From Spizellomyces punctatus DAOM BR117 (lineage: Eukaryota), in NCBI GenBank assembly GCA_000182565.2, contig KQ257453.1: a DNA stretch of 64,000 nt; one strand, 5' to 3'. Positions 1 through 13,223 of the stretch are shown here, in pieces. The translations under genes were made by a program, and so were the position numbers. How positions within the stretch are numbered: the first letter of the stretch is position 1; each line of letters opens with the position of its first letter. The notes below the pieces were generated by a model, which had not been told where the DNA came from, ran no database searches, and was given only the letters and a program-made list of their open reading frames with translations.

Positions 1-2087
1 CAACTTGCCTGCAAACTCAGTGACCTGAGATCTTTTAGACCTTCGAGGCCCCGCACGTCGCTCAACATATTATTGTCAAGGATGACATGGCGAATTTTGG
101 GAGCCGCCTCCAAATTGGGTATCTGATGGAAAACCTTATTTAGAAAATTCCCCAATAACGGCATGCCCATCGATTCAAAACGCACTTTCGTCAAAGATGT
201 CTCCTTTAACTCCAAAGATTCCAGCTCCAGTAGCTCTGCTGCAGAAGCCTCACTACTCTGTCGCTGCCTTTTCAGCGATCCCAAGAGCAAATCCAACTCC
301 CGTTTCCTCGCCGCCTCTTCTTCCTCGAGACGTTTCAAAAGCAGTGCATCACGCTGCGCTTTCTTTTGTTGTAACTGGTTCGTCTGACGTTCAATCTCTT
401 CATTTTTGCTTTCAATATCCGATGACGAGGCCGTTGCCTTCTCAATGAGAGGACGCGCTTCTTCCCGAAGCTTTGCAATATCCGACGCCAGTTTCTCCGC
501 TGTCTGTTTTTTGTTGGTCAGCTTATCTTCTGCGCTTCTCTGCAGCGACTGCTGGGACTCGAGCAACGGATTTAACCGCCCCATCAGCACGGCAGCTCTA
601 TCACGTTCTTTATCAAACGCAACCTTTGCGTCATTCGCAAACCAGGCTACCAATCGACGAGTTTTTTCCTGTACATCACGCTGCCGTTGTTTAAATTCAC
701 GTATTGCACGGGAATGGGTAGTTTTGCTAGTACTGAAGGAGTCGAGACGGAATCGAAGCTTGGATTGCTCTCCCGCTTCCTCTCTCTGTCTCCCTGTAAT
801 AAAATCGTACTCTGCCCTTAAATTCCGCTCTGTAGCCCGGAGTAATTTTTCCTCCTATGATGGACATTAACATCGGCATCGGTAAACGTCATCGTCTGAA
901 AAAGGGAAACGAACCTCACTTTCCACGTCCGTGACCGCAGGTGTTTCAACCAAAGCCATTATCGGAAGAATTTCAGTAGTATGATAAGCTTGGGGTGATG
1001 CGGCCCGTTGTGAAGCCAAGACTTCCTGCTGGATATCCAGGAGCGACCGATTACTGCCATTTCTCTCCGGAAGCCCCTCAGCTAAGGACCTGGTCGCAGT
1101 TAACCCTAACGTTTCCTCTACCAGCTCTCGGCGAAGCGGAGGGTCTAAAGGTATTCCAGCTTTTTCTGCTTCCTTGTGCAAAGATTCAAGTAGCGCCTCC
1201 TCACTTGCTGACTTTGTCTGCAAAATACTGTAGCCAACCTTCAGCATTGTGGGAAACAAAAAATAATAGGCCAACTAATCGTACCTCAACCGCTGATTCA
1301 GCTCCGATTCAACTTCTTCCAGGTGACGATCTAATTCTGCTTGGTCCAGATGCGTATCCATTGTCCCATTTTCGATGTTATCACTGACAGAATCGACGTC
1401 TTTCAAATAGGAATCTGTATCTGCCTTCCATTCCGAATAATCTATGTTTTCTGCGACCATTGCAGGTGTATCTGTGTCAATATCATCAATATCACTAAAT
1501 GAGAAACATACGGTCAGAGGCAATCAATAAATCCGTCCTTCAGGCATGACTATGTAAAGTAAGACATACGCTGGTAAGTGCGGTTGGAGGTCGATAGTAG
1601 CAATGGGCGTATCGAGCGGTAACTCCAGGGAGGAACGAGAGGAACCCATCAGATACTCCTCGAGATCTGCGGGTGGCAGCTCGTCTTCAGTGAAGTTATT
1701 ATCATATTCTCTGCGGTCTGCCTCTCTGGATTCTATGGTCTGAATATAGTCCGCCCAAGATTCCATTCTCTACATTAAAAGTCCTGTGAGATATGAGACA
1801 TAGATCGGCGACCAAATCATCTGCGGATCACCTCCAGTGTCGGAAGCTCGCTATCATCAGAGTCATCTTGTATCGTAGGAGAGGTGGTTCCATTTGTCTC
1901 TTCATCCGAAACATGTTCGTCGTCTTCTTCAGTTGACTAAGCTTTCAGAGGCATGGCAAAATGATCAGCTAGTTCCTTAAACTTTGGATAGGGCCGTAAC
2001 ACTTACCGTCAAATTGCTTAGCGCCTTGAGTTCAGACCTAATCACCTCTTCGACATCGAAATCAATCTCTTCATCTGATCCCGACAT
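1..2087 (-). CDS. Leucine-rich repeat / coiled-coil protein, LRRIQ1-like (multi-exon, 3' part runs off the window)
   Basis: ATG at 2087 gives MSGSDEEIDFDVEEVIRSELKAL, similar to the acidic LRRIQ1 N-terminus as recalled. It continues through acidic and coiled-coil exons and an LRR (IRHVILDNNMLSDVRGLEGLKDLRSLSL) near base 1. The in-frame stops between ORF-track pieces fall in GT-AG intron-like segments. Confidence 0.6.
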
Positions 2088-2849
2088 GTCTTAACCCTAG
2101 GGTGAATACACTTGAACTAGCAGGGGGATGGTTTGCTGTCGGCGGATCGATTACGTAATGCGATCGCGTTCGTATGAATCATCGTTCTCTTGAACCAGTA
2201 ACTTTCTGCAAGGTCCCGTACCGACGTTCTTGCAAACCAAGTCTTGAACGCTGGCACCGGATGCTTTTTTGCTGTTCAACTTGTCATGAATCGATTGTTA
2301 TATCCATGCGGTTCTTGATTGCCATTTGGGGCCTTTTGGGGTACACTATCCGGAGGTGCGCACGGAGCACTCTATAACGATCCATATGATCTAGCAAGTT
2401 GGCAAGTTACTGCTCGTACACACTATGTGAAGGATCTAGCTGGCTGGGCCGTAATGGTTCAACATCAGATGCAAACGTCGTAAGGCCAGACTGCGCATCT
2501 CGTTGAATCCGTAGTTATCCGGTTCAAATCGGATTTATTTATCATCCGTGATCATCGTTCTATCGCCCTTTTAAAACTTTTGAGGGGGAAATAACTGACC
2601 TTTTCCCTTTCTCACGCTCTCGAGAAATCCATCCTTCAACAAAAGCCCGCTTCATCGGTGCAGCTTACGTCCATCACCCTTCTTCCCTCCCGACGTCCGT
2701 GCAGACTCACAGGTAGGCAGCGTTCAACGGCAATGCCGCGCAATCAAATTGTCGTTACACACAGCATCGTTCCGTTGGCGAGGAAACTGGCGGCCAACTT
2801 GTCCGTTCCGTAATCTGACGGTCAACCTTTCATTTTATAGATTGAAAAC

Positions 2850-4751
2850 ATGACTGCCGCAGTTTCTGCCTCTGTTCCTGCACCAGCCGAGAAGACCAAG
2901 GTGGTTTGACTGATGAGCAACAAACGCAAAGGCCTTGTCATTTTGATCGGCGTCTTACGTTTATCTTTTTGACTTTCAAGGTCGACGCGTTCGAAGTTGG
3001 GTGGCTCTTTGTTCAAGAGTATTATACCTTCCTCAACCGGGATCCCCAACGTCTCCACTGCTTCTACAACAAAAAGTCATCCTTCTTGCACGGTCACGAG
3101 GGTGAGGCCACCGCGAAGACCTGCCATGGTCAGCAGGTATGCTCTTCAATTGTTACCTGGATTGCTTCGGTTGCGTCGTCTTATACACTTTTGTTCCTTT
3201 TAGGAAATCCACAGCCGGATTGTGGAGCTAGACTTCCAGGACTGCAAAGTCTTGGTGTCCAATGTGGATAGTCAGGCGTCGCTCAACGGCGGCATTGTTG
3301 TTCAGGTCCTTGGAGAAATGTCCAACAAAGGGGGTGCTTCCCACAAATTTGCGCAGACGTTTTTCCTTGCTGAACAGCCCAACGGATATTACGTTTTGAA
3401 CGACATTTTCCGTTTCCTGAAGGAAGATATTGATAATGAATACGAGGAAGCAGAGGACCCTACTGGCGGTCTGGAACTCCAGGAAACTTACGTCCCGGAG
3501 GACACCACACAGCCATCATACGTGGAACCTGTGTCGGCGGAACCGGAGGTTAGACCTGCGACTCCAAGAACGACGGTGGAGAAGGCACGCAGTCCCTCAC
3601 CTTTGAAGGAGGAAGTGGTCGCCGTTCCCGACGTGAAACCCGCCCACGCTGACGAAAGCCGTGTTACGGACAACGTTGCGTCAGACGCCTACGGATTGGC
3701 TACCTGGGAACCAACTCCCGCCGCAGAACCTGTCGCCGAGTCAAAGGCCGCCTGGGGGACCATTCCCAAGAGTAAACCCGTGGCCGCAACACAGGAAATC
3801 ACCGAAAACAAAAAGGCCAGCGCACAATCGACGTCCGCTCAGAATGCAAACACCACCGCCACCGGTAAGCAAGCTGCACCTACCACTCCCAGCAAGCCCA
3901 AAACATGGGCAAGCCTTGCGGCAAATAATGCTGCTAGTTGGGGACCGGACGTGTCCCCAGCTAAAGGACACATTAGCGCCGGTCAGAACAGAGCACCACC
4001 TGCCGCACAGCAACGACCCGCGTCTCCTCAAAAACCCGTTTCAAAACCCGCCGAAAAGTCATCAGATGCAGAACCCGCGTCCGAAACAACCCCAGCAAGC
4101 GAGCACAAGGATGGAGGTTTCCGTGAGGTTCAAAACCGACAGCATAAGAGGGCGTCCCAGCCTCCTCAGCAGCAACAGCAACAGCACCAAGAAGGTAAAG
4201 TCGTATGTTTTTGACCGTTTCTCTTTCACCGGTGTTGGTCACGTGTAATTGACTTATATGCTGTCCCTTGAATTAGACGATCGAGAAAAGTTCTCTATTT
4301 ACATTCGTGGCATTTCGGAGGCCATTGATAGAAAGTCATTGACGGAGACTTTCAGTAAGGTCGGTACCGTGCGCAACGTAGACCTGATTCCTTCCAAGGT
4401 GCGTTTACGAATACATATGAGCTACTTCTGGATGGTCGCTAATCATATGTATAGAATATTGCTTTTGTCGAATTTACCACCGTTGAAGCGGCCCAGAAGG
4501 CTATTGGCAACAGCTTTACAGTTAATGGACAGACCGTGACGGCAGAGGAGCGTAGGAAGCCTCGTCCTTACTCCCGCAATGGACCTCCGGGTCAGTACCC
4601 ACAACGCCGTGATTACCACGACGGAGGGGCTCGTGGCAGAGGCGAGGGCGGTTTCCACAACCGCGGTGCGCAAGGTAACCGTGGTCGGGGAGGATTTGGT
4701 GGTTCGCAGAAATCAGTTGCTGCGGGCAAACCCATGAACGGGAAACACTGA
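2850..4751 (+). CDS. G3BP/Bre5/Nxt3-type NTF2 + RRM + RGG stress-granule protein
   Basis: NTF2 domain (VGWLFVQEYYTFLN...KFAQTFFLAEQPNGYYVLNDIFRFL), TWASLAA motif, RRM (SIYIRGI...AFVEF) and RGG tail. Four coding introns plus a probable 5'UTR intron (~2713-2840). Confidence 0.9.
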
Positions 4752-5148
4752 TACCTGGACTAGCGACAGCACCAGTGAATTTACTGGGATTGTCGGAGGA
4801 TGATTGATCAACATGAGTGTAATATATTATAAGATTTTCAAGATGCCACTTGTTGGCTAAACTGTTGGCTGAATTTAGATGTTACAGATTGTGCATATAT
4901 TTCCTGACGTTTGCAAACACTATTTTGCAGGCAGCAATTCAATGTTAGACGCTGCCGAATGTTTAACATTGTCTTCTTGAAGATCACCGTCCAGCCATCA
5001 TCACAGTGGTCGTCACACCATGAAAATCGGTTGACAATCGCAAATTGGGATTGGGGCAAAACACATGAGATTCGACACTTAAAAGCCTTTAGCAGGTGCT
5101 TATGTCCAAATCGGACCACCTCGTCTGTTGGCGTCAAGGCTCTTTCAG

Positions 5149-5748
5149 TTACCCAGATGGTGCATCTGAACCTTCCACCAGCTTGCGGTCATTTGCATAC
5201 GCTTTAGCCCACGACTTGAATCCCCCGTCAAGCACAGAAATCTCAGGTTTATCCTTGATCGACCTTGTTGTCCGCAAGATCTCAATGAGTCTCACTGCCG
5301 CGGTCGGGCCACGGACTAATGACACCGTGCAGTGAAAGATCAATTGTCCCGGAAGTGCAGTAAGATCAAGCTGTTGACCAGACGCTCGCACAGCAGCGGC
5401 TGCCAATCGATCCAGCAAAGCATCCGCAGGCATCGTCAGCATCAGCGGGGAAGGTATGTTAACAGCAGAACGAATATGGAGGCGTGAGTAATCCCAAGGC
5501 TCCCGAACATCCACAATCAAATAATCTAGACTGTCTAATTGTTCAGAGCGTTTAGAGTATGAAAACAACGACAAGAATTCTCACCCACAACGCTGTGCTG
5601 GATCTGTCACTTTCATGGCAAGCTCATCTCGGGTTATAAATGAAAGACTGTCCGCAGCTGAATGCAGCGAGCAACTCCTAGTCAATGTCTTTGGCGTTCC
5701 CTCGGGCCACTTCAATCTCCATGCTGCACAGCGACGAATAGAGATCAT
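5149..5748 (-). CDS. Rhodanese-fold Cdc25-like phosphatase / arsenate reductase (Ibp1/Ych1/Acr2 family)
   Basis: LIVDVRE...HIRSAVNIP, active site HCTVSLVRGP (HCx5R), VLDGGFKSW. One intron at ~5535-5584. Confidence 0.8.
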
Positions 5749-5990
5749 GGACTTGCTTCTTATATATACTGCTGGATATCGTTGGACTTGTTATGAAGCT
5801 TCCGGCATCACTAGTTCTTGAAAGGCCCGGTTGCTTGGGTGAACTATGCGAGTTCTTTACCAATGGGCGGCTTTGAATGAACTGACGGAGGGGCCGGAAC
5901 CGTGGCCCTTATTGACCAGATAGTGAGTGCACAGTGCGCGCGTTGCATGGGTTCGGCCCCAGCTATCGTTCCCAATCACCACTCTTCCAA

Positions 5991-6364
5991 ATGACAACCC
6001 CACAAAGCGACCATACCCAACTCGACCTTCCACTGCAATATCCCAGCAACGATACTCCCATAGAAGACACGTATAAGCAGCGGTACAAGTCCCTGAAGGA
6101 ACGATACCGATACATCAAACGACAGAACGAAATGTAAAGCCTCCCCCCCCTATTTCTGGGCATGTCGCGCTTGTTGATGTGCTGACACCAAAGTTGTTTT
6201 GACACAGGTTGGCTGATGAATGCCAAGCAGCTTTGGCGAAATTGAATAGGTTAAAGGTAGGAATAGTGCGTCTACTCCGAGGCGATGGTGGTTCCTAATT
6301 ATGCTGGTCCTAGATTCAAAAGAACCTGTTACTGGACGATATCATTCGAGCGGAGCAAGCGTAA
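5991..6364 (+). CDS. ~80-aa coiled-coil protein, INO80E/IEC3-like N-terminal domain
   Basis: Three exons splice to ...YKQRYKSLKERYRYIKRQNEMLADECQAALAKLNRLKIQKNLLLDDIIRAEQA*, resembling the recalled YKxKYxxLK...LLD pattern of INO80E/IEC3. Confidence 0.55.
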
Positions 6365-6750
6365 CGCTTGTTCGTCTTTCGAATGGAGAAGCAAACGTTC
6401 ATTATCTTTTGTTGTACATATTTCGTTCGAACGTCCGGTGAGGGAGTTGAAGGTTCGTAGTGTCGGGCAGTTTCCTAGTACGGGAAAACAAACAATAACC
6501 CCCCTCTTGCAGGAGAAGTATTGGTGCCATGCGTTCTCTCGTCGTCATATGTTTACAAAACGGGGTTGCAGATCACTTAAGAAGTCCCACCGGAGGACGA
6601 AGGCATGCTATTTCCTCTATTGTGAGCAGCCGTGTTCAATTCCCTGTAAACTTTTGCCTTGATGGCTACGATAACATTGATAGCTGGTGCACGCCCTCAA
6701 AACAGTACCATAACAGAAATCCTATTCACATTATGAACAACATACTTCCA

Positions 6751-9340
6751 CTATTTCTTTCCCCCACCTCTTTCCTTTGTCGATAAGCCTAGGACAGCAC
6801 CGCTCTGCAAGTTGTAATACGCTAAAGTTGCCGTGTTCTTCATGGCCAATCCAGTTGGCGTAGTCAATTTCTGCTTGCTGGAAGCCATTGAAACTGTTTC
6901 GGCAATCTTTTCTTTCAAAGTAGACACTGTTGTCGTTAGAGGGAGCTGAAATTGGATGTCCTCTTCACCGGTAGCTGGTCGAATAATTACTTGGATTGGT
7001 TCCTAACACACGTGATAGGAACACATCTTAGCGATCCGGCTGCAGCTGCAAACTATAGCGCCACATGGACTCTATCATACCTTGTGACGAGCCAGAAACT
7101 GAGCTTCAGGAAGCAGATGACCCTCTTCCACCCGCTGCTTCTTTGCTTCTGCGTCCTCTGTCTCTTGCTCGTTCAATGGACGTTTGCCGGGAGGTGCAGG
7201 CGGCATGAATGGTGGTGCCATCCCGAGCGGCGGAGGAGGGAATATTGGTCTTGGCATGCCCATGGAAGGCAGCGGCATTGGCGGGCGGCCCATTGCCGAC
7301 GGTGGAGGAGGCATGGGCACGGGCGGGAATCCGTAAGGTCTCGGTGGCCCAGGGGGCATGTTTGGCGGCATGTGTCCGCCGTGCATACCTGGTTGTTGAT
7401 GGGGTACTTGTGGGCCAATACGGTTTTGATCATCCTGTCTGCCATAATCTCCCATTTGCTGTCCCATCGCAGCATGTTGCTGAGCTTGTCTGGTCGCATC
7501 TCCGATCGATGCGGTATGGCCGTCCCAGATGACCTTGTCCCTCTCCGCCTGCCTTTGTTCTTCTCGAGCTTTGCGGCCAATTTCTGATTCTTCGTTTCCA
7601 AATATATCGCTACGATATCCAGAAAGACTATTTAGGTTCCTGGCGACGTCATCTAAATGTCGCAAGATCAATACTAATGTCGTTTGTATGCTGCTCTGTG
7701 TAGGGACATACCTCCTTGGACGAGGTTTGTTGATTGCTTCTTAGCTTCATACGCAGCTCGCTGCTCCCGCCATTTGGGATCCATCAGCTCGATTCGAACA
7801 TGCTCATCCATCTCTGAAAGCTTGACGATAACACCACATATTGTGCAAATTTGTGTGGGCTCCGCCGCCCCAGGTGCCTTGCCTAACAGAGGGAATCAGA
7901 TAGAGTAAAGAGACAAGGTAATACATCGTCTAACGCACCTTTTGGGACATAATCCGTTCGAATCTTCATGCTTGGGTCGCTCGGCTGAGCCATTTGCGAC
8001 TCGGGTTCAGGTGTAGCGTCATCTTCGTCCATATCAACGTCTTCATCCATCTTCACAGTACCCCAGTCAGTTGAGCATTAGAAGCAAAAATACCAAACGA
8101 CTCAGACCATACCTCCACATCCATCTCTTCCGCCCCCTCGTCATGTACTGGAGTTTCCTGAGTATCAAACAACAGTGCAGCCTTCTTTTGAGTTAACGAC
8201 ATGTTCTCCAAGTCCACCAAGTTCAGCGGAGGAGGTAAATCCATGCGTTCGTCTGCCTCCACAAACTCGACTGTATCCACAATAACAAAATCGTGCCAAT
8301 CAATCGATGCGTATGCGACTGCACACCGCGGAAAAAGGTTAGCAAATTGCCCGATGTAACCAAGACAGCCTGGTGATAATAACAAAACACGTACTTCGTT
8401 CTTGGTCGGCTTCTTCTTCGGCCTTCTTTTTCTCTGCTTCTTGGTATTCGTAGAAGTCCACACGTTGCCGAATTCTATCTAGAATCGAGTATTTGTTCTG
8501 TGCATTATTTCGAAGCCTGGTATTTAAGTTTGCTGGAGGAATCAGGACCTTCGTGTATTGCTCGACAAGCTTGGTGAAGTAAGGGAAGAGACTGTGGTTG
8601 GATCGGAGAAAATCGAATTGGTAATTTCGCATTTCCCGCTTGCTCAGAGAGATCATGAAATCTCGTCCGTTTCGAGCGACAAATTGGGCGGTCAGCTTGA
8701 GAATGTCCAAGTCCTGTGCGGATATTGAAGGTAGTGGCGTGCTGAATTCGTATGCTGGCGGTTCTTTTGGTGTTGGCTTTGACAGCTTTGCGGGTCTTTC
8801 TTCCACCTGAGCCACTTTCTGAACATCTGCCTTTTTCTCAATTGCTGGCGATAGAAGCAACAGTATCAGTGTTTCCGACATCGAGGTGCAAAAGCGATCA
8901 GGTCTTTAAAGAGACTATTAATGTACCTTTGCCTTCCTTCGCGTCCTTGACCTTCCAGTCATAATAGGCCCGATAAGGGTCGGTTGGATTCAAGAAACAG
9001 AACTTGGGGTTGTGCTTCTCGTTCTCTCTTATACGCTCCTCAAACTGTGGACCATTACGAGCGACAAAGTTCGCAGTCTTATCCACAATGTCTGTTAAAC
9101 AACCCAAACGTCAGCAGTCTCTCAGAAGCATGTCTGCTCAGATCAAAACTTACTCCTGATCTCAGGGGGCGGATAAATGATGCCTTCCTGCAGCTCACCA
9201 CCTCCATTGATGGGCAATGCTCCGTTCGCATTAAGCGATATATCATTTGCGAACGCTACTGGATCTTCGGCTGGTGGCATTGCTTTATCCGATCGTTTGG
9301 CAACGTCGTGCTGCATTGTAGGTCTGACGAAGTCCAACAT
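6751..9340 (-). CDS. SF3A1: Splicing factor 3A subunit 1 (Prp21/Sap114)
   Basis: Two SURP modules (IVDKTANFVARNGPQFEERI; LKLTAQFVARNG...YQFDFL), YASIDWHDFVIV, KVIWDGHTAS, Pro-rich region and a ubiquitin-like C-terminus ending KERGGRKK*. Confidence 0.95.
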
Positions 9341-9351
9341 CTATAACGTGG

Positions 9352-9365
9352 GTTGCTATGGTAAC
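9352..9365. promoter_or_regulatory. Candidate RFX X-box GTTGCTATGGTAAC
   Basis: Near-palindromic match to the RFX consensus GTTnCCATGGnAAC in the short divergent gap between SF3A1 and SLX4. Confidence 0.5.
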
Positions 9366-9517
9366 AAGGACATGTCCCCTCCAGGTGTCTCGGCGCGTCG
9401 ATGTCTAGAGATCCTGCGCAAGGCAAATCGCGCCGGGGCATCTAATTCGCTAACGAGCTCTACAGGAATGCTCCCAACTCTTCCAACTCACGTTGGAAGG
9501 AGCTCGGGTGCTGAGCC

Positions 9518-12500
9518 ATGAAAGATGGGGTGCAACTATCTGACGAGATATTTGACAAAACGAATGATCTCGTCGGTGCTACGAATGGCGCCAAATTCCA
9601 TTCTTCTTCACCCGGCAGTGAAATACCGAGGACGTTTAACGTGGACGACTCAGACTTGTGTAAACATGAAGTGAATTTGCGGTCTCAGGGACAGGTGGGC
9701 AATTCCAGCAGTAGGGGTGGACATATGCCAAAGAAAGGCGATCTTGCATTGAACCCAGAACTGACGACTGAAGGCCATTGCGCTGAAGCTAGTTCTGATA
9801 GTCATCTTGCATGCATCGCGGTAGATGACGCTGTAGAAAAGGATCCTCATTTATTGTCTTGCGAGAGGACCAATGCGTCTCTGCAAGTCAGCGATAGCAT
9901 TCCAAAGACTGCGTCTAGTGAAAGCAATATTACAAGCCCGCCTCCTACGATGCAGAAATCCCAAACATGCTTTTCCAATCATATACCGGAAGTATTTGCA
10001 GACTCGTCATGTAGTGGGGACGTTTGTGCGATCGACAAAAGGCCGGAGCTGGATATTGACCGCACTTTGAAGGCTCCTAATTGTGGGGACGATGATGCTC
10101 CAGCGAGTGTCAGTACCACGGCAGTAGCAGCGGACACCGAGCGTCTTGATCCTGGCAGCTGCTTTGATAGATTACCCATAGAGATCCGTTTCTGTCTTGT
10201 GTGCAGTAAGAGCGTCGAGAAGTTCTCCACTATTCGACGTAACATGCATGTGATGAGGTGTCTTGAAGCGCATTTGGAACCAAAAGAACATGGAGTAGAT
10301 CCGGCATCAACGGCGGCTATGAAGAGTGCGGAATTCTGCGAAGCCACATATGCTCGTTTTCTTCGGTTTTGTCCTTTCTGTGGTACTGAGAACCCTTGGT
10401 CATCGGGCGGAGCCACATCAGGACCCCTTCCGAGCAAACTGTGTTGCGAGTACGCATCGGGCGAGAATACAGTCGTCTTGCGAAAGTTGGTTTTCGCTGC
10501 GTACAAGAAGTTAATCGCTTCGTCCACTGGGGCAGTCAGTGGACACACAGTAGAATCTCCCCACTTTAGAGTTAGTGCAGAATCGACAGATAGCGGGAGA
10601 TTAGAGTACGTATGGATCGAGGTGGACTGTGATAACGAAGAGAACTGGATACCACGCATTTGTCGGGAAAGGATTCGACAGCCGCAACCGAAATCCAAAG
10701 CACTAAAAACGCGCAAGAAGCAAGTCAGTACTAGAACCAGAAGCATAAGCAATATTATCCCAGTAGAAGTGAATGGAAGCAAAGAGAATATTGAGCCGCA
10801 AAAGGTGGACTTTGCAGATGACGTCAAACCGGCTACCAGGAGCTCTGATACAGTGGTTCCAAAACCCGAAGCAAAGATAACCCCTTCTGATTCCTGCAAA
10901 CCTGCGAAATCATCGAAATTAACAACGCGACGATCGCGCAAGCGCAAATCTGCGGAAATGGATGTCCAGCTGACTCTCTCAAAGATCGAGGGTATGAAAC
11001 GACAACGTCACGAACACGCGCCCACTGTTCTTCCCGCGACTGAGGCGAAGGAGTTGGTTGAACAAAAGGTGTTAGTGTGATTCAATGAAGAGTGAGATCA
11101 AAGTAATGCAGGGTGCTAAGACTATGCGCTATAGATTAGTGCGATTTTGCACAACGTAAATCCACACATGGAGTTGGACAGTGATGACACAATGATTTAT
11201 CCCGGCCAAGAACCAGCTCACTCCGTGGATCAGGAAGTTCCCATAACTAGCTATTCTCTATGGCAACTAGCTTCAACGAAGGGAGAGATATCGGACATCA
11301 GGTGCACAGAGCTTATCAACAAGCACACCGTTGAATCACGAGTAGGTAGCTGCAGCACAGCCCCTTTTCCGCGAACTACCTGGACTTACTTTAACGTCCA
11401 TTGACAGTGTTCCCAAGCTCTGAGACCGCCTCGCCAGCTTGAAGACCCATCTCTGTCTCAAGAGGAGCGGAAACTCCTCAAGGAGAGAGAAGCACGGGTT
11501 GTCACCATTCGAGCGGTGTATGATGGGCAAATTCGGCGTCGCGAGCAGGAGTTGGAAGCGGAAATTAGAGCTCTAAGAGCCCGCCACTTACAATGGGTAG
11601 GATTTCGTGCGTAACTGGAATTGTATTTGTGGCTAAATTGTGAGGTGCTTAGGTTCGCGACCACATTAAGCTCCGTGACAAGGAAATTGCCGAAGTCATC
11701 GAACTGGCCGAAACTCGTTCACGTGCTCTGCAGACGGAACAATTGAGGAAGCATTCGGTGGTGGATGAGCAAAAGGAAGCTGTTGATGAAGCTGGAAGGT
11801 CTTTAACTCACGAACAGGAGATAGTACCAGCGCATCCGGCTGCATATAGTCCGCATCAGTCTGCTGATGAATCATGTAAGCGGGAAGTCGGTCCTGACGC
11901 GAGTCCACTAGAAATGCACGTCCGGGCGATACGTGCTGATGCTCAAGAAAATGGCGAGACCGCCACAACTGAAGATAGTGTGCAAAGTGCCCTGGTAACC
12001 AACAAATCACTCCCTTCACAACCACCTGCAGATGTTGTGGTGGATGAAGGATGTGAAGAATCTGTGTCAACTAGTCTGAACCTTTTCGACCAAGCGGCTG
12101 GGAAGGAGGAGGAACTAAGCGGGCTCATGGTTCAAGCGTTGCTGGAATGCTCCTCTGAACGTAGTCCATTCTGTGAAGAGCTTGTTGACAATCCCAATAG
12201 CTTTGGCGTCGATCTAAACGTAGCAGCTCTTGATTCAGCAAATGAATCAGAGTCTGAGACCGGGAGTAGAGGGTCTTCCAAAGACGCAGACTGCGTGAGT
12301 CCAGAGCTGTGCCCGTCGGCTGGGACGTGCATTATCATGGATGAGGATGATATTGAGCTACGTGCAGAGACGAGTCAAATCGACATTACGTCACCAAATC
12401 TTGGAAATAAGAATGGCGATCAGCCCTCCTTCCATGATGGTCTTCAGCTGCATGAGGATGCTGCGGATCTGAACAATAGCTCAAAAGTGCAGTCCACTGC

Positions 12501-13223
12501 ATTCAACCTCTCAGGTGAAGAAGCTGAATGTCCATTTGAATATGAGTACCAGGAGGACATCATAATTCCAGTAGCCTCAGACGGCGAGCTGGAGGATGAG
12601 ATCGCTTCTTTGACCGCCTGCGAATTGGAACAAAGACAAGAATGCCTTACTGAAGCCGCTAACTGCTGCAATGTGGTCTATATTGAGGAAGATCATGCAT
12701 TGGTGGCTGGCGCCGCTCACAATGGAATTGTTGACTTGACTGATGAGAGATCCGCTTACTCTCAACTATGTCAAGATATTGATGACCCCTTCGAGGTTTG
12801 CATTGACGAGTCAGAAGTAGTGAGGTTGAGTCCGCAAACTACACATGACGAGGATTCGAGCCAGTCACTGCACGCAAAACTCTTTTCCTACATACGCGCA
12901 CAAAAGCAACTGTACAGCCGTATTTTGCGATATGAGGTATGGCGTGAAAGCTCGAGCGTGCGCTTGACGGTAGCAAATCCTGACGCCCAGGCATTGCGTT
13001 TCGCTAGCCGTTGGACTTTGACATCCTGTATGCACAGATTATCCAAGAGCAAGGGCTTGGAAAATGTTCGAGGAAGGCGCTAAGCGCATTCCTGGATAGC
13101 AAAGTAAGTGACATTAGCACATCTTTAGAAACGACAGCTAATCTATCGATGAAGGCTATAAATTACGTTCTACCTTCGAAGCCAGCCAAAACAGAAGATG
13201 GAAAACGACGGCGCTGGCGCTGA
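9518..13223 (+). CDS. SLX4: Structure-specific endonuclease scaffold SLX4-like
   Basis: UBZ4-like finger CLVCSKSVEKFSTIRRNMHVMRCLE, MLR-like SYSLWQLAS and C-terminal SLX1-binding domain (LYSRILRYE/PLDFDILYAQI...SRKALSAFLDSK/AINY). Confidence 0.75.

Noticed and set aside
867-1766. Three abutting same-frame minus-strand ORFs suggesting stop-codon readthrough or an altered genetic code
   Set aside because: Each stop lies within a GT-AG intron-like segment of the LRRIQ1-like gene, and other genes in the window use TAA, TAG and TGA as normal stops.
9979-10947. 322-aa antisense ORF, and similar long shadow ORFs at 6952-7587, 21844-22524 and 36864-37403
   Set aside because: They lie opposite well-supported coding exons and show no recognisable motifs.
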